From contig CAIJEA010000428.1 in NCBI GenBank assembly GCA_903819605.1, forward strand, positions 1-33,628: a DNA stretch of 33,628 nt. The letters are read 5' to 3'. Below the pieces are notes generated by a model. It did no database searches and was not told the DNA's origin. It saw only the letters and a list, made by a program, of their open reading frames with translations. Origin of the DNA: an uncultured cyanobacterium. GTDB taxonomy: Bacteria; Cyanobacteriota; Cyanobacteriia; Pseudanabaenales; Pseudanabaenaceae. Made by a program: the position numbers and the translations under genes. Positions 1-9,452 of the stretch are shown one piece after another. Numbering within the stretch: the first letter of the stretch is position 1; every line of letters starts with the position of its first letter.

Positions 1-191
1 ACAACCCTACTGCTCTGAGATGAATCCCATTGAATTGGAATGGTTGCATTTAAAGCGTGACCATCTTTCTGGGCAAATGTTCGACTCTGAGGATAATTTA
101 ATGTGGGGTTTAGAAGATGCTCTTCATTCCCGTTACGATTCCCTTGGTTTTGATACTTCCTATTTTGAGTTTTCTTATGCTTAGCTACTTA
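1..191 (+). mobile_element. 3' end of IS630-family insertion sequence (partial transposase 2..184 plus terminal CTACTTA)
   Basis: Frame 2 reads QPYCSEMNPIELEWLHLKRDHLSGQMFDSED...FEFSYA*, matching the IS630 DDE C-terminal P-Y-S-x-x-N-P-I-E-x-x-W-x-x-L-K motif. The stop is followed by CTACTTA, ending in TA, the IS630 target dinucleotide. Confidence 0.85.
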
Positions 192-425
192 GTTTCGCTA
201 ATCTTACCCATCGATTTTCTCCTGATAGTTTGCCGCCAAATGGTAAGTAGAAATTCTCGAATGATAGCTGTCCTGTGGGAGATTGTCGGTACATGAAATT
301 TTATTTGTGCAAGGGTTTTACTTACTTTTCCTGCTTTTTCTTGCATCGTATCAGTTTTCGATCTCCTTGGAAACCATTGCTTGTATGCTTTTCTTGCTTT
401 TTCAGTAAGCCCTAAGTATAAATAA

Positions 426-1496
426 TTATAAGGAAGAAATCGGTAGACGGAATCCAAAAATTGCTCCATTGGGATGTCGATTTTCTGCCCAAACTGAACC
501 ATCATGTGCTTCTATAATTTGACGGGTTAGGTAAAGTCCCAAACCAGAACCCTTAGCTTGGCGATCGCTATGTCCCTGATAGAACCGATCAAATAAGTAA
601 GGTAATTCAGTTAAGGTAATGCCCGGTCCTGTATCGAGTACTTTACAGACATGATGCGTCGAGCCAGCTTCAAAAATAACTTCCACTTTGCTACCGCGCG
701 GTGAATGGTTAATTGTGTTAGTTAACAGATTGGCAAATACTCGGTGAAGTTGCAACGCATCTCCATTGACCCAAAGAAACTGCCGAAAGTCTGAGTCGCC
801 ATAGTGAAATGAAATGTGAATGCGCCGACTCGCCGCTAATTCCATTAGAGTGCTTGTGACATCCTCAGCAATACTGACTAGATCGATAGGTGCGAGGTGA
901 AGTTTAATTCCTTCCGTATCATTGCGATAGACATCTAGAAGAGTTTCTATCATTTGCAAGCTATTCTGATGGCTCCGAATCATCGTGGCGATCGCATTTT
1001 TTTGCGCGGGTACGATTGGGCCAAAATCCGATCTTTGTAGAGCTTTTAATGTTTCTATTGCTCCTAATAACGGTGTTTTTAGATCGTGGGTAAGAGTAGA
1101 TGCAAAATCTTCTCTTACGCTGGCTAGCTTCTCTTGAGCTAGCAATTTTTCTTGCTGCTGTAATAGTGTTTGTTGATATGAACGATTGCGATCGCAAAAA
1201 AATCCAGTCATAATCAAAGCCAGACAGGCAATTAGGCGACTGGCAATAGTTGATGCTCGACTCTCGTAACGAGGAATCCAGATATTTAGCATTGTTAAAA
1301 AACAGGCAAGTGCCGTTGCTTGAAATGTAGCAAAGCGACCAAATCGATTGTTAACTAATAGAATTGGAGCAGTATAAAGATAGCCAAATACATAGTCTGC
1401 TGGAGTTAAAAACTCCAGTACAATGACAATCCCAAATAATCCTATGATTGATTGAGATATGCCAAAATGACGATTTTTTAGATATTTTAATATCAA
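426..1496 (-). CDS. Membrane sensor histidine kinase resembling the KdpD C-terminal half (cyanobacterial kdp-associated kinase)
   Basis: N-terminal hydrophobic helices, H-box THDLKTPL, N-box NLLTNTINHS, G1 DTGPGI, F-box LFDRFYQG, G2 GSGLGL. Divergent from kdpB. No KdpD N-terminal sensor/Usp domain. Start codon uncertain. Confidence 0.85.
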   Translation of the reverse strand: MILKYLKNRHFGISQSIIGLFGIVIVLEFLTPADYVFGYLYTAPILLVNNRFGRFATFQATALACFLTMLNIWIPRYESRASTIASRLIACLALIMTGFFCDRNRSYQQTLLQQQEKLLAQEKLASVREDFASTLTHDLKTPLLGAIETLKALQRSDFGPIVPAQKNAIATMIRSHQNSLQMIETLLDVYRNDTEGIKLHLAPIDLVSIAEDVTSTLMELAASRRIHISFHYGDSDFRQFLWVNGDALQLHRVFANLLTNTINHSPRGSKVEVIFEAGSTHHVCKVLDTGPGITLTELPYLFDRFYQGHSDRQAKGSGLGLYLTRQIIEAHDGSVWAENRHPNGAIFGFRLPISSL

Positions 1497-1566
1497 AATT
1501 TGAGATTCTTATTTCGCAGATTTAAGATTACTTCAAAATATCAGATTAAATCTAGATCGTATTAAG

Positions 1567-1678
1567 TTTAGAGATATATTTTTATCTAAACAAATGTTTA
1601 TATTGGAAATCTTTAGATATATATTCTATCTAAACACTAGATATATATGTATCTAAACATTGTTTAGATACATATATA
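1567..1678. promoter_or_regulatory. Repeated TATCTAAACA boxes and an 18-bp palindrome in the divergent kinase/kdp promoter region
   Basis: TATCTAAACA at 1583, 1627 and 1650, and inverted (TGTTTAGATA) at 1661. Perfect inverted repeat 1642-1659/1661-1678. Confidence 0.55.
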
Positions 1679-1955
1679 CAAGTTATATATAACTAACTAA
1701 ACACAAAATTATACTCCTCTATAACTTGTGAAGTCTGGTCAGATCTGAAACAATAGCCTGAGAGATGTTATGGGTTTAATAGATTTTAAATTCAGAAATT
1801 TAAGGTCTACTAATTGTCATCAGACTCAGTATGTTTATTGATTAAAAGTATTTGTAATAGTAAAACAATTACTTTTAACAACAATCTTCTTGCTTCAAAT
1901 TCATTTTTCGGTTAGCGCTCTTTCCGAATAACTATTGATTACTGATGTTGTATTT

Positions 1956-4052
1956 ATGCAAACCTCAAAGAATTCTACTTCTACCCGTCTGCCAAGCGGT
2001 ATCCGCGAATCTCGCAGGCACACCCCAAAAGTCAATGTGAGTGGTTTGTATCAGCGAGCAATTCGAGATGCATTCGTTAAACTCGATCCGAGAGTTCAAG
2101 TTAGAAACCCAGTCATGTTTGTGGTTTGGGTTGGCACAATTATCACTTTCATCATGACATTCGATCCCAATATTTTTGGTGTCGTAGCGGGAGACAATCA
2201 AAACTTTTTTAATGGATTGATTACCTTCATTCTGTTTTTTACTGTAGTATTTGCTAACTTTGCCGAAGCAGTTGCCGAAGGGCGAGGTAAAGCACAGGCA
2301 GACGCGCTGCGTGCTACTCGCACCGATTCGATCGCTCGAAAGATTCTGCCAAACGGCTCTATTCAAGAGGTTACTTCAACCGAACTACGTCAAGGCGATC
2401 GAGTCAAGGTAATTGCAGGAGATATTATTCCTGCTGATGGGGAAGTCATTGATGGAATTGCTTCAGTAGACGAATCAGCAATTACGGGTGAATCCGCTCC
2501 TGTCTTAAAGCAGCCAGGTACAGATATTATGAGTTCTGTGACGGGCGGTACTAGAATTATTTCTGACGAACTGATCGTCAAGGTGACATCTGACCCCGGC
2601 AAAGGCTTTATCGATCGCATGATTGCATTGGTAGAAGGTGCTGAGCGTACTAAAACCCCCAATGAAATTGCGCTCACAGTACTACTTGCTGTGCTGACAT
2701 TGATCTTTTTAGTAGTAGTGGCAACAATTCCTCCTATTGCTGTTTATTCCAATGTTCCTGTCAGCATCGCCATTCTGATTTCGCTTTTGGTGGCTTTGAT
2801 TCCCACTACTATCGGGGGATTATTAAGTGCGATCGGGATTGCGGGAATGGATCGAGTCGCTCAGTTTAACGTAATTGCTACCTCAGGACGAGCCGTAGAA
2901 GCCTGTGGCGACATTAATACGCTTATTTTAGATAAGACTGGCACAATTACCCTAGGCAATCGCTTGGCTGATGAATTCATTCCTGTCGGTGGGCATTCTC
3001 CAGCCGAACTGGCAACCGTATCATTAGATGGGAGCTTATTTGATGAAACCCCAGAAGGGCGCTCGATTGTAACCCTAGCCAAAAGTTTGGGAGCTAAATC
3101 CGATGTCGATCTCAACACTGCTAAAGGGGTTGAGTTTTCCGCTCGGACGAGAATGAGCGGACTCGATCTTCTAGATGGTACTGAAGTTCGTAAAGGAGCG
3201 ATTGATGCGATCAAAGGGTTTGTAAGATCTCGTGGTGGCTATATTCCTCCTGACCTAGATGCAGCTTACGAAAAAGTGTCCAGATTAGGTGGAACGCCCT
3301 TAGGAGTCTGTAAGGGCAATGAAGTATTCGGAGTGATTTACTTAAAGGATATTGTCAAACCAGGACTTCGCGATCGCTTTGACCAGTTGCGACGAATGGG
3401 TATTCGCACGATCATGCTAACAGGCGACAATCGGATTACAGCTTCAGTAATTGCTGAGGAAGCAGGAGTTGATGACTTTATTGCCGAGGCTACTCCTGAA
3501 GACAAAATGGCGGTGATTCGCGCAGAACAAGCCGAAGGGAAGTTGGTCGCGATGACTGGTGATGGAACGAATGATGCGCCAGCTTTGGCTCAAGCCAATG
3601 TTGGTGTAGCGATGAACTCTGGTACTCAAGCGGCAAAAGAAGCCGCCAATATGGTGGATTTGGATTCCGATCCAACCAAGATCATTGATATTGTCACTAT
3701 TGGCAAACAATTGCTGATTACGCGAGGAGCCTTAACAACCTTTTCCGTAGCTAATGACATTTCTAAGTACTTCGCGATTATTCCTGCCATGTTTACTGGC
3801 ATCGGTTTAGAGAGTCTAAACGTCATGGGCTTAAAGAATCCTCAGTCTGCCATTTTGTCAGCACTAATTTACAACGCTCTCATCATTCCTGCTCTAATTC
3901 CTTTGGCCCTTAAGGGAGTAGCATTTCGTCCCCTCTCAGCCGATCAGCTTCTTACGAGAAATATTTTGATTTACGGGCTTGGTGGAATTATTGCTCCCTT
4001 TATCGCGATCAAGATTATCGATGTACTGATTACAGCCGTCCATCTTGCCTAG
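1956..4052 (+). CDS. kdpB: K+-transporting ATPase subunit B (P-type ATPase)
   Basis: [53 protein letters not shown] phosphorylation site, [19 protein letters not shown] at 1956 preferred over TTG at 1935. Confidence 0.97.
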   Translation: MQTSKNSTSTRLPSGIRESRRHTPKVNVSGLYQRAIRDAFVKLDPRVQVRNPVMFVVWVGTIITFIMTFDPNIFGVVAGDNQNFFNGLITFILFFTVVFANFAEAVAEGRGKAQADALRATRTDSIARKILPNGSIQEVTSTELRQGDRVKVIAGDIIPADGEVIDGIASVDESAITGESAPVLKQPGTDIMSSVTGGTRIISDELIVKVTSDPGKGFIDRMIALVEGAERTKTPNEIALTVLLAVLTLIFLVVVATIPPIAVYSNVPVSIAILISLLVALIPTTIGGLLSAIGIAGMDRVAQFNVIATSGRAVEACGDINTLILDKTGTITLGNRLADEFIPVGGHSPAELATVSLDGSLFDETPEGRSIVTLAKSLGAKSDVDLNTAKGVEFSARTRMSGLDLLDGTEVRKGAIDAIKGFVRSRGGYIPPDLDAAYEKVSRLGGTPLGVCKGNEVFGVIYLKDIVKPGLRDRFDQLRRMGIRTIMLTGDNRITASVIAEEAGVDDFIAEATPEDKMAVIRAEQAEGKLVAMTGDGTNDAPALAQANVGVAMNSGTQAAKEAANMVDLDSDPTKIIDIVTIGKQLLITRGALTTFSVANDISKYFAIIPAMFTGIGLESLNVMGLKNPQSAILSALIYNALIIPALIPLALKGVAFRPLSADQLLTRNILIYGLGGIIAPFIAIKIIDVLITAVHLA

Positions 4053-4078
4053 TAATTTCTATTCTTTATTGAACTGCT

Positions 4079-4324
4079 ATGAACTCTCAATCTCTTCCAA
4101 AACTCATCTCAGATATGCAGTTGTACCTGCGAAAACATCCGAATTCCTTTCGTATATTTCTGACGCTATTCCTGAATCTTTTCCTAGCTCAAGCAGTTTA
4201 TGCTGCTGCCGATGGCAATGGTCTTACTCGTCTTAATTCCTATGCGATCGGGCTACTGTCTCTAGTTACAGTCGGACTAGCAGTCTACTTGCTTGCCGTT
4301 ATGTTTCAACCCCAGCGTTTCTAG
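4079..4324 (+). CDS. kdpF: N-terminally extended KdpF-type subunit (cyanobacterial KdpG-like)
   Basis: C-terminus LVTVGLAVYLLAVMFQPQRF matches the KdpF YL...PE(R/K)F signature. An extra hydrophobic segment precedes it. Lies directly after kdpB. Confidence 0.8.
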   Translation: MNSQSLPKLISDMQLYLRKHPNSFRIFLTLFLNLFLAQAVYAAADGNGLTRLNSYAIGLLSLVTVGLAVYLLAVMFQPQRF

Positions 4325-4358
4325 TTTTTTGAAGAATTAATTTGGAGAATGAATAAAG

Positions 4359-4442
4359 ATGGGCGACCTAATCTATATAGCTACGATTCTCGTTTGCTTC
4401 GTGGGCTTTTTAGGACTGATTAAGGCATTTAGTTGGCTATAA
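4359..4442 (+). CDS. 27-aa single-TM peptide (KdpZ-like small kdp accessory peptide), absent from the ORF track
   Basis: [31 protein letters not shown] at 4344-4347 upstream. Ends 13 nt before the kdpA start. Confidence 0.6.
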   Translation: MGDLIYIATILVCFVGFLGLIKAFSWL

Positions 4443-4455
4443 GGAAAAAAATATT

Positions 4456-6165
4456 ATGCTGTTTGGCATCTCTCAAGTAACGATCATTTGTTTAATTATC
4501 GCGATCGCTCTGGTTGTCCCCGTAGGCAGCTATATCTATAAAGTTTTCACTGACGAGCAGGATTGGCTACCTGAAAGTCTAACCTATCGTTTGTTAGGAA
4601 TTAATCCACGGGAGCAGATGACTTGGCAGCGTTATGCCCAAGCATTAGTTCTATCCAATTTGGCACAGGTGCTTCTGATTTATGCCCTTTTCCGATTGCA
4701 GGACATTTTACCTCTAAATCCTGATAACATTCATCCAGCGATGTCCCCTGATTTGGCGTTTAACACGGCTATCTCCTTTGTTACTAATACTAACTGGCAG
4801 GCCTATGGAGGCGAAACTACGCTATCCTACTGCAACCAAATGTTGGCAATTCAGTTTCCAATGTTCGTCTCGGCAGCAACGGGGCTAGCTGCGGGGATAG
4901 CGACAGTTCGAGGATTTGCCCAAAGTGGTTCTAACCAATTAGGAAACTTTTGGGTAGACGTTACTCGCAGCATTTACCGCATCTTTCTGCCAGTTTCTCT
5001 GATCTTGGCTTTGTTTTTTGTTTGGCAAGGAATGCCACAAACGTTAGATCCCGCAGCCGTTGCAACTACATTAGAAGGTGCAACTCAGACGATCGCCATT
5101 GGTCCTGTGGCAAGTCTGGAATCGATTAAGCACTTGGGGACGAATGGTGGTGGCTATTTCAACGTCAATGCAGCACATCCCTTTGAGAATCCTAATCCTT
5201 TAACAGATACCTTAAATATTTTCTTGATGCTGTTTATTACCCCTGCCTTGACCTATGTATTTGGCAAGTTAGTAGGGCGACGCAAGCAAGGATGGGTCTT
5301 CTTTGGTGTTTTCTCGGCATTGTTCGTTATGTTTTTACTGATTGCGTATCCAGCAGAGCAGGCGGGTAATCCATTACTTACGGGAGTAGATCAAACTGTT
5401 AGTGCCGTCCAAAGTGGTGGCAATATGGAAGGTAAAGAAGTCCGATTTGGAATTGCCCAAACCAGCCTATTTGCAGTTACTACTACGGCAGCAACGACTG
5501 GTAGTGTAAATGCAATGCACGATAGCCTCACTCCCATGGGAGGGTTTGCGACTATTTCGGAAATGATGCTAAACGTAGTATTTGGGGGCAAAGGTGTAGG
5601 TCTAATCAATCTGATTCAATACGCTATCATTACAGTGTTTCTCGTAGGGCTAATGGTAGGGAGAACTCCTGAACTTCTCAATAAGAAAATTGAAGCAAGG
5701 GAAGTTAAATTTGCCTCCGTATCCTTACTAGCACATCCAGCCTTAATTTTAGGCTTCACAGCTCTAGCTCTAGTGACACCAGATGCGCTTAAAAGTCTTG
5801 CCAATTCAGGTCCCCACGGCTTTACTGAAATGCTTTATGCTTACACTTCAGCTACCGCCAATAACGGCTCTGCTTTTGCTGGACTGAGTGCCAACACGCC
5901 GTTCTTCAATACAACTTTAGGTTTAGCTATACTCTTTGGGCGCTTTTTTAGTCCGCTCATTCCGTTATTAGCTGCCGCAGGTGCACTAGCAATCAAACCT
6001 AAAGTTCCTGCTAGTGCGGGTACGCTTTCTACCGATACATTTTTGTTTGGTTCGCTCTTGTTTGCCACAATTGTTATCGTTGGTGGACTAACATTCTTTG
6101 TCACCCTAGCACTAGGTCCTGTCTCAGAGCATTTCCAGATGTTAGCTGGAAAGACTTTCTCCTAA
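4456..6165 (+). CDS. kdpA: K+-transporting ATPase subunit A
   Basis: [93 protein letters not shown]. Confidence 0.97.
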   Translation: MLFGISQVTIICLIIAIALVVPVGSYIYKVFTDEQDWLPESLTYRLLGINPREQMTWQRYAQALVLSNLAQVLLIYALFRLQDILPLNPDNIHPAMSPDLAFNTAISFVTNTNWQAYGGETTLSYCNQMLAIQFPMFVSAATGLAAGIATVRGFAQSGSNQLGNFWVDVTRSIYRIFLPVSLILALFFVWQGMPQTLDPAAVATTLEGATQTIAIGPVASLESIKHLGTNGGGYFNVNAAHPFENPNPLTDTLNIFLMLFITPALTYVFGKLVGRRKQGWVFFGVFSALFVMFLLIAYPAEQAGNPLLTGVDQTVSAVQSGGNMEGKEVRFGIAQTSLFAVTTTAATTGSVNAMHDSLTPMGGFATISEMMLNVVFGGKGVGLINLIQYAIITVFLVGLMVGRTPELLNKKIEAREVKFASVSLLAHPALILGFTALALVTPDALKSLANSGPHGFTEMLYAYTSATANNGSAFAGLSANTPFFNTTLGLAILFGRFFSPLIPLLAAAGALAIKPKVPASAGTLSTDTFLFGSLLFATIVIVGGLTFFVTLALGPVSEHFQMLAGKTFS

Positions 6166-6175
6166 ACATTCTTAT

Positions 6176-6206
6176 CTACTGAAACCTACTTTGCAGGTTT
6201 CAGTAG
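6176..6206. other. 12-bp stem-loop between kdpA and kdpC
   Basis: CTACTGAAACCT-N7-AGGTTTCAGTAG. Confidence 0.5.
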
Positions 6207-6248
6207 TTGCCAATTTATCTATCTATTTTTCTATTGTTTGCTAAATAT

Positions 6249-6884
6249 ATGGAAGCTCAATCTTCGCGATCGTTCATTTCTCTCGTCAGACAATCAATTC
6301 TGATTTCTATATGGTTTTGCCTGCTTACGGGGCTAGTCTATCCTTTGCTTACAACTGGTATTGCGAATATCCTCTTTCCCTATCAAGCTAAGGGCAGCTT
6401 AATTACGGTCAATGGTAAGATCGTCGGTTCTGAATTGATCGGTCAGAACTTCACAAAGCCAGAGTACTTCCATCCGAGACCAAGTGCCACCAGTACTACC
6501 GATAGCAATGGCAAAACAGTCCCTGCTCCCTACAATGCAGCTAACAGTAGCGGCAGCAATAACGGACCTACGAACGATAGTTTTATTAAAGGAGTAAAAG
6601 ATGCGTCAGATGCTTATCGCAAAGAAAATGGGCTAGCTACCGAAGTCACTGTACCAGTTGATGCGGTAACAGCCTCTGGTTCAGGACTCGACCCCGATAT
6701 TTCAATTGCCAATGCGAATATTCAGGCTTCTCGCGTTGCAAAAGCAAGAGGAATTACGCTCGAGCAGACGCAAGATTTGATTCGCAAAAATACTACCGAT
6801 CGCCAGTTAGGTATTTTAGGAGAGCCACGGATCAACGTACTGAAGTTGAATCTGGCATTGGATGCTCTAAAGCCTACGAGTTAG
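6249..6884 (+). CDS. kdpC: K+-transporting ATPase subunit C
   Basis: GLVYPL, FPYQAKGSL, GSELIGQNFTKPEYFHPRPSA, VTASGSGLDPDIS, RVAKARG, LGEPRINVLKLNLALD. ATG at 6249 preferred over TTG at 6207. Confidence 0.96.
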   Translation: MEAQSSRSFISLVRQSILISIWFCLLTGLVYPLLTTGIANILFPYQAKGSLITVNGKIVGSELIGQNFTKPEYFHPRPSATSTTDSNGKTVPAPYNAANSSGSNNGPTNDSFIKGVKDASDAYRKENGLATEVTVPVDAVTASGSGLDPDISIANANIQASRVAKARGITLEQTQDLIRKNTTDRQLGILGEPRINVLKLNLALDALKPTS

Positions 6885-6892
6885 TCAAAATT

Positions 6893-6913
6893 AGAGAGAA
6901 CTCAATTCTCTCT
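6893..6913 (+). terminator. Possible weak terminator hairpin after kdpC
   Basis: AGAGAGAA-CTCAA-TTCTCTCT just after the stop codon. Confidence 0.3.
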
Positions 6914-6941
6914 TAGATCGATTGTTTAAATAAAGGCTCAA

Positions 6942-7085
6942 TAGGTGTTTCAGGGAGGTACTTTAGATTAAATGACTGAAATGCTTGATGCACAATGGTT
7001 TAACCTCAGAAATCTTCGACATCGGAAATGTTCACCATGAAAAGCATTAAGCCATTTATTATGTTTGATCTGCCCAAAACACCTA
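6942..7085. mobile_element. Candidate MITE with TA-bounded imperfect terminal inverted repeats
   Basis: ATAGGTGTTT (6941-6950) and AAACACCTAT (7077-7086) are exact reverse complements, with further partial matches inward. Non-coding interior. Confidence 0.4.
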
Positions 7086-7165
7086 TATAGCCATTATTCA
7101 TCTCACAAAAAGTCGATCAATGATCTTAGATGTAGATTTCAAAATTAAAATGTGATTGTCAAAAT

Positions 7166-7702
7166 ATGATTACAAGTCAACATAGCCGCGCGATCGCTGT
7201 ATTTTCTGATTTAGAAGCAGCAGGACAAGCATTAGATTCCTTGATTTTGAACGGGCTTCCCCTCGCTAACATTTTTCTGGTGGGTCAAGATATAACAGCT
7301 AACGACAAAACTAGGCGAATGGTACAAATGGAATATCAGGTCGAACATTTTCCTTCAGGAATGATTACAGGAACCACATTAGGACTAAAAAAAGGTTGGT
7401 TTGTTGGTAATTTCCTTGGCGGATCGGTTGGTTTGTGCTTAGGGTTTGGGATTTTGTCATTACCTGGGGTGGGACAAATTGTCTTTACCAGTGCAGTCAT
7501 TTTTACGCTGATTAGTAGTGGAATTTGTACGGCTGCTGGCGGAGTAGTTGGAGCCTTAATTGGTCTAGCTCTGACAGAAAAGCAAGCTAATACTTATAAC
7601 GCTCTGATTGCTCAAGGTAAATACTTAATCATTATGAATGCTTCCGAGACAGAACTCAAGCGTGCCGAATTGATACTTGATGCCCAAGAAATTCGTAAAT
7701 AG
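7166..7702 (+). CDS. Membrane protein, general stress protein (YflT/17M-like) with glycine-zipper helices
   Basis: N-terminal AIAVFSD..AAGQAL..L, Gly-rich TM segment GGSVGLCLGFG..LPGVG, GGVVGALIGLALTEKQANTYNALIAQGKYLI...AELIL, the pattern typical of this cyanobacterial family. Confidence 0.65.
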   Translation: MITSQHSRAIAVFSDLEAAGQALDSLILNGLPLANIFLVGQDITANDKTRRMVQMEYQVEHFPSGMITGTTLGLKKGWFVGNFLGGSVGLCLGFGILSLPGVGQIVFTSAVIFTLISSGICTAAGGVVGALIGLALTEKQANTYNALIAQGKYLIIMNASETELKRAELILDAQEIRK

Positions 7703-7704
7703 CC

Positions 7705-9081
7705 ATGAATATCTGCTCTTATTTACCTCTCACTAGACATCCATCTGGGCATCCATTGATAAGCGACAATCATCTTCCTCTTAATTCATCTTATCTACTT
7801 CGCGATCGCTATCGCATCCTCAATCTTATAGGCGAAGGAGGATTTGGCAGGACATTTCTAGCGGTTGATGAATTACAATCTCCACTTCTCTGTGTTGTCA
7901 AACAGCTTCTCCCCCATCACTCAATTCATCGACAAAAGATTCAAGCGCTCTTTCATCAAGAAGCACAGCGACTAGCTCAATTAGAAGGACATCCTCAAAT
8001 CCCTAAATTGCTGGATAGCTTTGAGCAGGATGGAGAAAGTTTCATCGTGCAAGAATGGATCGATGGATGGACATTGCAACAGGAGGTAGCAGGTTCGATT
8101 TCATTCCATGAAATAGAAGTGCGAAAGGTTTTGCAAGAGATGCTGCCTGTTTTGCAATATCTCCACGATCGCCAGATCGTGCATCGCGATATTAAGCCTG
8201 ACAATATCATTCGGCGAAAGTGCGATCGGCAAATGGTTCTGGTTGATTTTGGCGCTGCTAAGCAACTTGTTAACATCAGACCGATTTATACAGGAACGAT
8301 GATCGGTAGTGTGGAATATGCGGCTCCTGAACAAATCAAAGGTCATGCGATCTTTGCTAGTGACCTCTACAGTTTAGGAGTAACTTGCCTTTATTTGTTA
8401 ACTAAAACCTCTCCATTTGATTTGTATGACATTGTGGAGAATGATTGGAAATGGGAGGCATATTTGTCTCAGCCGATCGATCCCACCCTACAAACAATTC
8501 TCAATAAATTGTTGCAACCATCAGTCAGGCGACGTTACCAATCTGCAACTGAAGTGTTAACCGATCTCAATGCTTTATCCATGAGCAATGGACAGGTTGA
8601 AAAGGATATTCCTATAAATCTAGTATCCTCTACAAGCAATATAGAGAATTCAGATCGGAGTAAAACAACTCCCAATAAGCCAACAAGCAAATCAAATTTT
8701 TCGGTCAGTCCACTACTCCTATCAGACGATGCCGCAGATCAAGAAACTCCACTATTCGCTGACGATCTAGCTTCCATCAAGTCACTGCCCTTAGTTCAGC
8801 GCGTGTTGATTGTGGGCATTGGAACTTTTTTCGGTAGTGTGGCGATCGCCAGTCTATCGTTTTGCTTGAGCATCATTATTTTTACGCTTAGTGCGCCGCG
8901 ATCTTCGGATGTTGATTCTGCAAGGAACAATCAAATAATCCTTGGTTTAGCCTCAGGAATGACAGGCTCAGTTGGATTGGCAGTTTTAGAGAACAGGCGA
9001 CGAGCGCTTTTGAAAAAGAATGGTAATTCTCAAAGCGGGGACACAGATCAACACTGCGATAAAGAAAACTACTTTGGCTAA
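7705..9081 (+). CDS. Hanks-type Ser/Thr protein kinase with C-terminal TM helices
   Basis: GEGGFG, VVK, HRDIKPDN, DFG, YAAPEQ, SDLYSLG. Low-complexity linker followed by two hydrophobic segments. Confidence 0.93.
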   Translation: MNICSYLPLTRHPSGHPLISDNHLPLNSSYLLRDRYRILNLIGEGGFGRTFLAVDELQSPLLCVVKQLLPHHSIHRQKIQALFHQEAQRLAQLEGHPQIPKLLDSFEQDGESFIVQEWIDGWTLQQEVAGSISFHEIEVRKVLQEMLPVLQYLHDRQIVHRDIKPDNIIRRKCDRQMVLVDFGAAKQLVNIRPIYTGTMIGSVEYAAPEQIKGHAIFASDLYSLGVTCLYLLTKTSPFDLYDIVENDWKWEAYLSQPIDPTLQTILNKLLQPSVRRRYQSATEVLTDLNALSMSNGQVEKDIPINLVSSTSNIENSDRSKTTPNKPTSKSNFSVSPLLLSDDAADQETPLFADDLASIKSLPLVQRVLIVGIGTFFGSVAIASLSFCLSIIIFTLSAPRSSDVDSARNNQIILGLASGMTGSVGLAVLENRRRALLKKNGNSQSGDTDQHCDKENYFG

Positions 9082-9219
9082 GGTCGTCTTTACCAAATTG
9101 CCAGTTTGGAAACGGGTGGCAAAATCTCTCCCGAAGATTCCTACGAGCAAATCAAAGCTCTTTGGACAAAGTTTGAGTCGGCAAGTCAGCAGCTACACAT
9201 TGCCGTGCAAACTTCCTAA
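9082..9219 (+). pseudogene. In-frame continuation after the kinase stop, resembling a conserved small cyanobacterial domain (LETGGKISPE..YEQIKALW)
   Basis: The kinase frame after TAA 9079-9081 reads GRLYQIASLETGGKISPEDSYEQIKALWTKFESASQQLHIAVQTS*. It has no ATG of its own. Confidence 0.55.
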
Positions 9220-9248
9220 CTCCACCAATAAAAATCTGATGGTTTTGT

Positions 9249-9452
9249 ATGAGCATCGCTTATTTGAGAAATCGGGCAAAGGAACTGCGCCATACTCATT
9301 CAGAAGCAGAATATGAAGAACTATTGGAAAAACTCGCTCGCTACTTGAATATTATTCAAGATGGGGAGAGATTTACTGTAATTCACAAACAGAAAGTTCT
9401 CAACACGCTACGACAACTAGGAATTAAAACCCACCGTATAACTCAGCAATGA
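9249..9452 (+). CDS. Hypothetical 67-aa helical protein
   Basis: ATG start, amphipathic charged sequence, ATGA overlap with the next CDS. Confidence 0.6.
   Translation: MSIAYLRNRAKELRHTHSEAEYEELLEKLARYLNIIQDGERFTVIHKQKVLNTLRQLGIKTHRITQQ

Noticed and set aside
185-505. 106-aa minus-strand ORF
   Set aside because: Overlaps the kinase 3' end in another frame, has no recognisable motif and ends inside the IS terminus. Only the RBS+ATG at 211 is kept as a hypothesis.
1965-6104. Multiple antisense ORFs within kdpB and kdpA
   Set aside because: Shadow frames of strongly conserved genes
9020-9316. 98-aa basic ORF
   Set aside because: Overlaps both neighbours, and the protein-like signal in this interval is in the kinase frame (9082-9219)
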